Shown here one piece after another: positions 11,226 through 19,148 of a stretch of 64,000 bases of DNA. The position numbers and the translations under genes were made by a program. Position 1 is the first letter of the stretch. Every line of letters starts with the position of its first letter. This DNA comes from Bdellovibrionota bacterium. Lineage in GTDB: Bacteria; Bdellovibrionota_G; JALEGL01; DATDPG01. The notes beneath the pieces are model-generated. The model did not search any database, had not been told where the DNA came from, and saw nothing but the letters and a program-made list of their open reading frames with translations. The stretch spans positions 2,656,001 through 2,720,000 of the forward strand of contig OY764265.1 of the NCBI GenBank assembly GCA_963668355.1, written 5' to 3'.

Positions 11226-12239
11226 ATGAGTATTAATGTTGGAATCATGGGTTTCGGCCGGATTGGTCGAAACGTCTTTCGGATTTTAAATGAAAGGGAC
11301 GATATCAATGTCGTCGCAATATCTGACCTCGCTGATCCTCATGCAGCGGAGTATTTATTGCGATTCGATACGGTTCATGGACGATTCCCTTACACCGTTT
11401 CTTCGAAAGAACACGAATTGTATGTCAAGGGTCGACGAATTCGCTTCGTTCAGGGAAAAGAACCTGGAGATATCAATTGGGGCGCTCTGGGCGCAGATAT
11501 CGTCATCGAATCGACTGGAAAATATCGGCAAAACGATCAGTTGCAAAAACATCTTCAAGCTGGAGCCAAACGCGTCATTCTAACGGTTCCTCCCAAAGAC
11601 GATGTGGACGCGGTTATCGTGCGTGGTGTAAACGACAAGGATCTGAAACCGGAGCATAAAATTGTTTCTGCCAGCTCGATCACGGCCAACTGCGTGGCCC
11701 TATTATTGAAAATTCTCAATGACGCTTTCGGAGTCAAGCGAAGCTTCATGACCACCGTTCATGCTTACACGAACGACCAACGACTCGCCGATGTTCCACA
11801 CACGGATCTTCGTCGATCTCGTGCGGCGGCAGAAAACATCATTCCAACCGATACATGGGCTCCAAAAGCCATCGGAAGAATTCTTCCGGAGTTGGAAGGC
11901 TGTCTGGCTGGAATGGCCATGAATGTTCCGGTTCCCGATGGTTCCAATGTCGATATGGTCACGGAAACCAAAGAACCCATCTCGGTCGAAGCCATCAACG
12001 AAGTGGTCAAGAGTGCCGCTGGAAGCACTTACCGCGGAATCGTTGAATACATGGACCAACCCATCGTTTCCAGTGATGTGGTCGGAGATAAACACTCTGC
12101 CATTTTCGACTCATTGGCCACACAAGTTATGGGTGAAAACCTCGCAAAAACGGTGTCTTGGTATGACAACGGATGGGGCTATGCCTGCCGGGTGGTTGAA
12201 TTAATTGAACGTGTCGCTGAATTTGAGGAGTTACGCTAA
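11226..12239 (+). CDS. GAPDH-like protein lacking the catalytic cysteine (probable pseudoenzyme)
   Basis: GFGRIGR, ESTG, VHAYTNDQ, DLRRSRAA, WYDN present; active site reads SASSITANC instead of SNASCTTNC. ORF intact. ATG 11226 after GAAAGGTG. Confidence 0.88.
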   Translation: MSINVGIMGFGRIGRNVFRILNERDDINVVAISDLADPHAAEYLLRFDTVHGRFPYTVSSKEHELYVKGRRIRFVQGKEPGDINWGALGADIVIESTGKYRQNDQLQKHLQAGAKRVILTVPPKDDVDAVIVRGVNDKDLKPEHKIVSASSITANCVALLLKILNDAFGVKRSFMTTVHAYTNDQRLADVPHTDLRRSRAAAENIIPTDTWAPKAIGRILPELEGCLAGMAMNVPVPDGSNVDMVTETKEPISVEAINEVVKSAAGSTYRGIVEYMDQPIVSSDVVGDKHSAIFDSLATQVMGENLAKTVSWYDNGWGYACRVVELIERVAEFEELR

Positions 12240-13240
12240 TGAGTATTCGAATCGCAATCAATGGTTTTGGACGAATTGGGCGTTCTGTCTTTCGAATTCT
12301 TTTGGAAGAAAAGGACATCGAAATTGTTGCCGTAAACGACATTACGGACAATGAGACCCTCGCCTATCTGCTTCAATATGACACCGTCATGGGTCCCCTG
12401 AAACATAAGGTTTCCTTCGACTCAGACACCTTGAGTGTTGCGGGTCGAAAGGTCCAAATGCTTAGCGTGACTGACCCGGCTGAAGCTCCTTGGAAAAAGA
12501 TGGATATTGACATCGTCGTTGAAGCGACAGGTCGCTTTCGAACTCGGGAAACCGTCCAAAAGCATATTCAAGCTGGCGCTAAGAAATGCGTTCTTACCGT
12601 TCCGCCGAAGGATGCTTTGGATGCCATGGTCGTCCTGGGAGTGAATGACAACGAGCTTACGTCTGAGCACAAGATGGTTTCCAATGCTTCTTGCACCACG
12701 AACTGCTTGGCTCCGATTGCCAAAGTCCTGCATGAATCTTTCGGAATCAAACATGGCTTCATGACAACCGTCCATGCGTATACAAATGATCAACGGCTAT
12801 CCGACTTTTATCATTCCGATTTAAGACGGGCTCGGGCTGCGAATGAGAACATCATTCCAACGACTACGGGCGCTGCTCGCGCGGTGGGAAAAATTCTTCC
12901 CGCCCTTGCCGGAAAATTGGATGGAGCTGCCATGCGGGTTCCCATCGCAGATGGTTCCGTGGTGGATTTGGTGACCATTTTGGAAAAAGATGTCACGGCA
13001 GAACAAGTCAACGAGGCTGTGCAAAAAGCGGCCGAAGGCCCCTTAAAAGGAATCGTGAAATATTCCACGGATCCTTTGGTTTCTTCGGATATCGTGGGCA
13101 ACCCCCACTCTTCCATTTTTGACGCGCCCTTCACACATGTTCTTCAAGGTAACTTTGTGAAGACCGTCAGCTGGTATGACAACGAATGGGGTTATTCAAA
13201 TCGTGTAGTCGATTTGGTTAAAAAGCTAGCCAGCTTGTAA
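12239..13240 (+). CDS. gap: Type I glyceraldehyde-3-phosphate dehydrogenase
   Basis: GFGRIGR, SNASCTTNC, IIPTTTGAA, AMRVP, WYDNEWGY all canonical; TAATG overlap with upstream paralog. Confidence 0.97.
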   Translation: MSIRIAINGFGRIGRSVFRILLEEKDIEIVAVNDITDNETLAYLLQYDTVMGPLKHKVSFDSDTLSVAGRKVQMLSVTDPAEAPWKKMDIDIVVEATGRFRTRETVQKHIQAGAKKCVLTVPPKDALDAMVVLGVNDNELTSEHKMVSNASCTTNCLAPIAKVLHESFGIKHGFMTTVHAYTNDQRLSDFYHSDLRRARAANENIIPTTTGAARAVGKILPALAGKLDGAAMRVPIADGSVVDLVTILEKDVTAEQVNEAVQKAAEGPLKGIVKYSTDPLVSSDIVGNPHSSIFDAPFTHVLQGNFVKTVSWYDNEWGYSNRVVDLVKKLASL

Positions 13241-13253
13241 TACCTTTAAACAT

Positions 13254-13294
13254 AAAAACGCCCATCTCTTTGAAGAGAGATGGGCGTTTTTTTT
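13254..13294. terminator. Bidirectional intrinsic terminator
   Basis: AAAAACGCCCATCTCT-loop-AGAGATGGGCGTTTTTTTT between convergent gap and deaminase genes. Confidence 0.88.
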
Positions 13295-13307
13295 ATTCAA
13301 GACTCTT

Positions 13308-13745
13308 TTAATTTTTTTCAGGTGTTAGGGAAACTTGTTCGAGTTCAATTCCCAATTTCTTTGCGACGTCAAAGATGCGTTCATCCCGATAAAATTCAAG
13401 AAAACAAATCTTTTTGATTCCCGCGTTAGCGATCATTTTAAAACAGTTCCAACACGGGCTCGCCGTTACATAGATCGTGGCATCTGAAATGTTGACGCCA
13501 TTTCGAGCGGCCTGAATGATCGCATTGGCTTCCGCGTGGATCGTCGCCACACAGTGTCCCTCTTCCATCATGTGGCCAATCTCAGAACAGTGTTCCAAAC
13601 CACGAATGGATCCATTGTATCCTGTTGAAAGAATCATCCGATCCCTGACAATGACCGCCCCAACAAATTTTCGATCACAGGTCGAGCGTGTAGCCACCTC
13701 TGTGGCAATCTTCATGAAATACTCGTCCCAACTGGCTCGCTTCAC
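13308..13745 (-). CDS. dCMP deaminase / ComEB-family zinc deaminase
   Basis: WDEYFM, RSTC, TGYNG, HAE and PCWNC motifs. Confidence 0.9.
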   Translation of the reverse strand: MKRASWDEYFMKIATEVATRSTCDRKFVGAVIVRDRMILSTGYNGSIRGLEHCSEIGHMMEEGHCVATIHAEANAIIQAARNGVNISDATIYVTASPCWNCFKMIANAGIKKICFLEFYRDERIFDVAKKLGIELEQVSLTPEKN

Positions 13746-14935
13746 GAAATCACACCCAGCCTTTTCCCAACACGTTCAAAGGCACCCAAAGCTTTATCGA
13801 AATGTTCTTTTTCATGAGCTGCAGATATTTGAATACGAAGCCGGGCCTCTCCCTTCGGCACGACCGGAAACCCGAAGCCCGTAACAAAAACGCCTTCTTT
13901 CAACAATTCTTCACTCATTTGAATCGCAAAGGATGTTTCGCCCACAATGATGGGGACGATCGGAGTTTCCCCATCCAAGGGTTTAAATCCGCGCTTGGAA
14001 ACCTCTTTTCGAAAGTATTCCGTATTTTCTCTCAATTTTCCGATGCGTTCGGGATGAGCTTTCAAGTAGCGAATCGAGGCCAATGCCGAACCGGCTACTG
14101 CGGGTGGAAGCGCATTCGAAAAAAGTTGGGGACGAGAACGCTGCACGCAATAGTCCACAAGCGCTTTGGATCCGGCGATGAAGCCTCCAGCCGCGCCACC
14201 CAAGGCTTTCCCGTATGTTCCGGTGATGATATCGACTTCATCCATGAGACCATAGTGTTCGGCCGTTCCGCGGCCGGTTTTCCCCAACACTCCGGTGGAA
14301 TGAGAATCGTCCATGACCACCAAGGCATTGTATTTTTTGGCCAGATCACAAATGTCTGGAAGCTTTGCGATATGTCCTTCCATGGAAAATACGCCATCCG
14401 TTACGATCATCTTGGTTCGCGCACCTTCATGCTCTTCCAAAAGTTTCTTAAGAGCATCCATATCATCGTGAGGATAAATGCCTTTGGCGACTTTCCGGGT
14501 CAAACGAATGCCGTCGATCAAAGAAGCATGATTCAAGGAATCGGAAATGATCGCATCGCCTTCGCTCATGAAGGTGGAAAACAAAGCTTCATTGGCATTC
14601 CAACAAGAAGTATAAGTGGTCGCGGCTTCCTTCCCCAAAAATTCGGCGGTTTCGTTCTCAAGCTCTTCATGAATTCCCAGAGTTCCGCAAATGAAGCGAA
14701 CCGAGGCGGTTCCATTCCCATATTGATCAATGGCATCATGGGAAGCTTTCCGAATTTCTTCCATGGCTGAAAAACCCAAGTAATTATTGGAAGACAATAC
14801 AATGACATCCCCTTTTCCTCTCATGGGGACGACCGGAGCTTGTGGGCCTTCTAAAAAATTGAGCGATTTATACACACCATCTTTTCGAAACTGCTCCAAC
14901 TCTGATTGAATTCGATCCTGAAATTTTTGATCCAT
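13742..14935 (-). CDS. kbl: Glycine C-acetyltransferase (2-amino-3-ketobutyrate CoA ligase)
   Basis: SNNYLG, SVRFICGT, LNHAS, DGVFSM, DDSH, TYGKALGG (PLP Lys), FPVVPKGEARLR. ATG 14935 after GGGAGAAGG. Confidence 0.88.
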   Translation of the reverse strand: MDQKFQDRIQSELEQFRKDGVYKSLNFLEGPQAPVVPMRGKGDVIVLSSNNYLGFSAMEEIRKASHDAIDQYGNGTASVRFICGTLGIHEELENETAEFLGKEAATTYTSCWNANEALFSTFMSEGDAIISDSLNHASLIDGIRLTRKVAKGIYPHDDMDALKKLLEEHEGARTKMIVTDGVFSMEGHIAKLPDICDLAKKYNALVVMDDSHSTGVLGKTGRGTAEHYGLMDEVDIITGTYGKALGGAAGGFIAGSKALVDYCVQRSRPQLFSNALPPAVAGSALASIRYLKAHPERIGKLRENTEYFRKEVSKRGFKPLDGETPIVPIIVGETSFAIQMSEELLKEGVFVTGFGFPVVPKGEARLRIQISAAHEKEHFDKALGAFERVGKRLGVIS

Positions 14936-15083
14936 AACCTTCTCCCAACAATCCTGACTATTTTTCCAAAACCGCGCGGAGTATAGCACTCCTCTTTAAC
15001 CCCGCAATGAAATGCCCCCAGTAAAAAAGTTGCTATCTTGCCTTCTTACTTAGGCGGGAATCCACGAGAATGCGATATAATGT

Positions 15084-15166
15084 CCTTTCCCAAAGCGTGA
15101 GGAAGCCCCAGAATCCATGCATAAAAAATGCTGGGGCTGAGTCCCGAGCGAGGTGAGGCGTCTTTG
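15084..15166 (+). repeat. Partial copy of the structured repeat at 17143-17292
   Basis: 15084-15152 is identical to 17163-17231 (69 bp); the following bases resemble the second copy with an internal deletion. Confidence 0.9.
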
Positions 15167-15279
15167 TCCGAAAATCGAAGATTTCCTAACGGAACAGCTC
15201 AGTCTGAGCAAAAACATGGGGAGGTGTTCCCTCTCTCCATATCGGGGTTTTTAGAAAACCTTCTTTGATGCAATGACCG

Positions 15280-16323
15280 TTACTGCTGGAATCGACTCTT
15301 GATCATTCCGATAATGATTCTTGGTGAACTTGATGTCTCTCCCACCGTTAGCAAAATGTAGTCAGCGCGATCAAGTTCCTCACGCGAAATTCCGGACCAG
15401 AGCGCAACGGTGTCGCTTTCGCGACCATCAGGACTTTTCTGCGAATATGGGAGCACCAAAAGCGCCGCCAATCCATCAGGTGCGTGTCCAGGGCCACCGT
15501 CGCCTTTGAAGTTTGGTGGGAGGTCAATTCCAAAATGCTGGTAACAGAACTGTGTCGATTCAGTGTGATTGACATATGCGCGAGTTCGACTTCCAGTCGA
15601 AAATCCATGCCAATACTTCTTTTTTGTGCACAAATCTTTCCCTGGCAAAACCACCTGTGAAGCTACAATCTGGCCTTCAGAGTTCTTAAAGCCCGCTTTC
15701 GACAGACCAAAAAGGTCCCAGCCACCCACATCTTCTCGAAACTTGTCGGCATTGTATTCATCAATTAAGGCAAATGGATAAAAAGCGTATTCCGAGGCAT
15801 TTACCTTCGATTGCTTGCCATCGCTTCCTTCTCGAACGAGATTTTCCTCGTTATCAATGAAAGCCTTGGTGATCATCTTATTACCGCTAAACTGAACGAC
15901 AAGACCTCCGCGTTCAATAATGAATGTGTCAATTAAAAGATCGCTTCCAGACCTTCTTGCATCGGGCTCTAAATCATCATTTTGAGCCAACTTCTGAAAA
16001 TCAACCGTATACGACCCATTTAAGCCAACCGGTCCAAAATCATTATTGACCGTTGAGAGCTCGCCATCCTCTTCGGGGGAGACAAACTCGGGCAGGAGAT
16101 CCTTCGCCGTCCAATTTTCTGTTCCACGAACCCAGAGAATTCGCCCCTGTTCACTGCAAAAGAGTTTTCCATCGCGGATCGTCAAACGGCTCGTTGCGCC
16201 TCGTTGAACGCATGAATGCAGACTTTCCGAGATTCCATCGGCCTGCGATTGGGCTTCTACGCTCAAGGAAATCGCAAAAGTTGCGAAAATAGGAAAGCAA
16301 AGAAACTTAACTGTTTTCATCAT
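15280..16323 (-). CDS. Hypothetical exported protein
   Basis: Long ORF; MMKTVKFLCFPIFATFAISLSVEA signal-peptide-like start after GGGAGAAAGG; no family recognised. Confidence 0.7.
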   Translation of the reverse strand: MMKTVKFLCFPIFATFAISLSVEAQSQADGISESLHSCVQRGATSRLTIRDGKLFCSEQGRILWVRGTENWTAKDLLPEFVSPEEDGELSTVNNDFGPVGLNGSYTVDFQKLAQNDDLEPDARRSGSDLLIDTFIIERGGLVVQFSGNKMITKAFIDNEENLVREGSDGKQSKVNASEYAFYPFALIDEYNADKFREDVGGWDLFGLSKAGFKNSEGQIVASQVVLPGKDLCTKKKYWHGFSTGSRTRAYVNHTESTQFCYQHFGIDLPPNFKGDGGPGHAPDGLAALLVLPYSQKSPDGRESDTVALWSGISREELDRADYILLTVGETSSSPRIIIGMIKSRFQQ

Positions 16324-16351
16324 TGCCTTTCTCCCACTAAGTGAAGATGAA

Positions 16352-16882
16352 TTATTTCGGCGGACGCACAAGCTCGTAGAGCGTGTGGACGTACGATAGA
16401 TCTTCTTCGCTATCATCGTCAAATGTCCCCTGGATGGGGAGCTTGATCACGACGCCTTTTGTTCCGTCAAAGATACGATCCCTTTGGGCTTGCACTCCAC
16501 GCTCTGACATCGAAGTACCCGTGAAAAGTAAGATAAAGCCGCCTTCTGGTGCCTTGAGGGATTGTCCCAGATCCTTTACGTCATACTGAACTTCTTGGGG
16601 ATAGTGAGAGTGCAAGTTAACAACTCTCGTTAGCTCAAGCCGTGATGGCCAAGAGAAATTCTCAAGTAAAATGTTTGTCATCGGGATAAGTGCTTTTCGT
16701 ACGTAGGTTTCGGCATTTCCCCAACTAGGATGCGCTCTATATTCGGTTCTCGCATCTTCGTCGATCGCAACAAGAACAGAGGTTTGATCCACAGTAAGTC
16801 GTTCTGTAGCAAAAACTCTATTCGCCGCACCGACCAGAACTAAAGTAGCCATGCTGAAAATGAATAAATTCTTAAGGGTCAT
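16352..16882 (-). CDS. Hypothetical exported protein
   Basis: GGAGG RBS; N-terminal signal-peptide-like segment ending VFA; no family recognised. Confidence 0.7.
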   Translation of the reverse strand: MTLKNLFIFSMATLVLVGAANRVFATERLTVDQTSVLVAIDEDARTEYRAHPSWGNAETYVRKALIPMTNILLENFSWPSRLELTRVVNLHSHYPQEVQYDVKDLGQSLKAPEGGFILLFTGTSMSERGVQAQRDRIFDGTKGVVIKLPIQGTFDDDSEEDLSYVHTLYELVRPPK

Positions 16883-16915
16883 AGATACCTCCAAAATTCG
16901 TTTTCCTTGGACTAA

Positions 16916-16958
16916 CGCAATTACCGTGCCGCGTCAAGAAGCTCCTAAAATATTGAAA
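16916..16958 (-). promoter_or_regulatory. Putative sigma54 (-24/-12) promoter with IHF-like site
   Basis: Minus strand CGGCACGGTAATTGCG (GG-N10-GC) at 16916-16931; TTTCAATATTTTA at 16946-16958 is one mismatch from the IHF consensus WATCAANNNNTTR. Confidence 0.7.
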
Positions 16959-17142
16959 TAACGAGATTATGATCGGCCCTTGCCACCATCTGCCCCGTAC
17001 ATTGTGCGACCTCTGTGCCCCTTGCCTGAATCTCAGCAAATATGATGAAGTGACTTTTTTTTAAAGTCGGGGCCTCTGGCCTGTTAAGAGCCAGGCCCCT
17101 CTTGCCTGAAATCAAATTGGGTACTTAGTCCTAAAGAATAAA

Positions 17143-17292
17143 AAGGGACTTAAAACAAATGCCCTTTCCCAAAGCGTGAGGAAGCCCCAGAATCCATGCA
17201 TAAAAAATGCTGGGGCTGAGTCCCGAGCGAGCCGAACGGCGTAACGCGAGGCGAAGCGTCTTTGGGAAAGGGCATTTGTTTTTAAGGCCCTT
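17143..17292. mobile_element. MITE/REP-like non-autonomous element, about 150 bp
   Basis: 32/33-nt terminal inverted repeats with a perfect 23-bp core (17152-17174 vs 17260-17282); internal AGCCCCAG/CTGGGGCT stem; second partial copy at 15084. Confidence 0.6.
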
Positions 17293-17310
17293 CCTGTTTT
17301 GGACCACTTT

Positions 17311-18288
17311 TTACAGATTTGTTCCTTTACCCAAATTTCGGAGGGTTTCGATCAGTTGGGCCAGTTCCGGAGCTAAGGGGCTTTCGAAAGTACGTTCCTC
17401 TGCCTCGCCCGGCAACAGGACTCGAAGTTTCGAGGCATGAAGGAAATGCCGTTTGAGTTTGAATTGATCTTGCTGACGCTCCTTCGGAGTCTGGTATAGC
17501 CGGTCTCCCACCAAAGGATGTCCGATGGCACTCAAATGCACTCGAACCTGGTGCATCCGTCCCGTCAAGGTTCGAACCGCCAACAGGGTTGCCTCCTCAA
17601 ACACCTCTACCGGTTCGTACAAGGTTTTGGCCTCCCGGACTTTGGATCGATGCGGAACACTCGAATCCTTTACCGCCACCATTTTTCGCGGATTCCGGGA
17701 ATGATGGGCCAAGCCAAAATCCACTTCCCCCGCCGTTTCGATTTTTCCCAACACCAGGGCATGGTAGGTCTTTTTAATTTTTCGTTCATCAAAGCCCGTT
17801 CGCAAAAATCGGAAGGCCTCAGGCGTCCGCGCCACCATGATCAGACCCGAGGTATCCGTATCCAGGCGATGAACAATGCCCGGCCGAAGGGAATCATCTC
17901 CAACATCCACCAAATTCGGAAAACGGGCCAAAACCGCATTGGCCAGAGTCTCTACATCCGAATAATCATTTGGATGGGTGGGTAAGTCCGCAGGTTTGTC
18001 CAGAATCACCACCTGAGAAGACTGCCAAACAATTTTGAGGGGGATCTTGGGGTTCGGATCGATTCGACGCTCTTCGGGAAGCGTGAAGGAGTCCACGATC
18101 ACCTCATCGCCTTCCTGGATCAGATCCCCTTTTCGGGACGCCTTCCCATTGACGCGCACCGTGCCCTTTAAGATTAATTCTTGAATATAGGCCCGAGAGA
18201 TCCCTCGAAACTGAGCCGAGACAAAGCGATCCAGGCGTGTGCGGGCCTGGTCGCCAACAATGATCCATTTCTTCTCTGGACTCGGCAT
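17311..18288 (-). CDS. RluA/RluD-family pseudouridine synthase with S4 domain
   Basis: RLDRF S4 domain, DKPA, HRLDTDTSG catalytic motif, TGRMHQVRVH, FLHA. Confidence 0.93.
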   Translation of the reverse strand: MPSPEKKWIIVGDQARTRLDRFVSAQFRGISRAYIQELILKGTVRVNGKASRKGDLIQEGDEVIVDSFTLPEERRIDPNPKIPLKIVWQSSQVVILDKPADLPTHPNDYSDVETLANAVLARFPNLVDVGDDSLRPGIVHRLDTDTSGLIMVARTPEAFRFLRTGFDERKIKKTYHALVLGKIETAGEVDFGLAHHSRNPRKMVAVKDSSVPHRSKVREAKTLYEPVEVFEEATLLAVRTLTGRMHQVRVHLSAIGHPLVGDRLYQTPKERQQDQFKLKRHFLHASKLRVLLPGEAEERTFESPLAPELAQLIETLRNLGKGTNL

Positions 18289-18332
18289 AACCTCCTTACA
18301 TTATTCGATTTAGTGATATACTTCGAGTCGTT

Positions 18333-19142
18333 ATGAGCAAAATTTGTTTCGCGCTTTTGCTAAGTTTGTTTTTTGTCCCTGTCGTCATGGCTGAACCCTT
18401 TCAGGCGAACGTCAACGAGGAGAAGACCTATCTCCGAACAGACCCCAGCTTGGATAGTTCCGTCCTTCTGGAAATGAAAAAAAACGATTCGATCACCGTA
18501 GTGGAGGAAAAGGATGATTGGATGCTCGTTCGAACGCCGGAAAACCGCGTTGGATGGGTTAAATCTCATGATGTTCGCAAAGAAACACCCGTGACCATTT
18601 CTCAGGGCACCCCCACTCCATCAGAAAACTCCAATCTCAACCCCGAACCCGAACAGGAACCCACGATCACCGATGTCGTTCCGGAGCGAGAATTTTATGA
18701 AATTTCCATGGTTCTAAGGCCCGGTTTTGACAAGGCCACGGATCACCCGGCTGGAATGGACGATACGGGATTTAGCATTGGGGGACACGTAGCCTGGTTT
18801 TTTACGCCCTACTTTGGCTTGAGTATCCCCTATACGTTTCGGTTCTATGAAGGAGACTACAAGATTCAAACTGTCGGAGGCGGTCCCGTGATCCGATACC
18901 TGGATCTAAACCATTTCCGGGGATCCTTAGATGGAAATTTCATTTATGCTCGGGCCTTTGGGCATAACGAAATCGGTTGGAGTGCCGGTTGGGACTTCAC
19001 CTTCGGGTTCAAGGACACAATCCTACGCCCCTTCATCGGACCGTTTGTCCGCTTCGAGCAAATCTATGCCGACGGTCCGAACCTCACCACATGGAGTTTT
19101 GGTTTAAGCATTTCCCTCACGAATTTCACAGACCTGAGCTAA
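18333..19142 (+). CDS. Exported SH3b-domain protein with probable C-terminal outer-membrane beta-barrel
   Basis: Signal peptide; YLRTDPS...W..V...GWV SH3b pattern; Pro/acidic linker; alternating aromatic/Gly beta-strands. Confidence 0.6.
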   Translation: MSKICFALLLSLFFVPVVMAEPFQANVNEEKTYLRTDPSLDSSVLLEMKKNDSITVVEEKDDWMLVRTPENRVGWVKSHDVRKETPVTISQGTPTPSENSNLNPEPEQEPTITDVVPEREFYEISMVLRPGFDKATDHPAGMDDTGFSIGGHVAWFFTPYFGLSIPYTFRFYEGDYKIQTVGGGPVIRYLDLNHFRGSLDGNFIYARAFGHNEIGWSAGWDFTFGFKDTILRPFIGPFVRFEQIYADGPNLTTWSFGLSISLTNFTDLS

Positions 19143-19148
19143 GAAAGC

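Noticed and set aside
11226..12239. Calling the first GAPDH copy epd or a pseudogene
   Set aside because: Epd keeps the catalytic Cys; this ORF is full length with no stop or frameshift.
13802..14770. 322-aa plus-strand ORF
   Set aside because: Antisense shadow of kbl; no recognisable motifs.
15084..17231. CRISPR array or integron attC sites
   Set aside because: Only two copies 2 kb apart, no spacers, cas or intI genes; attC core boxes not evident.
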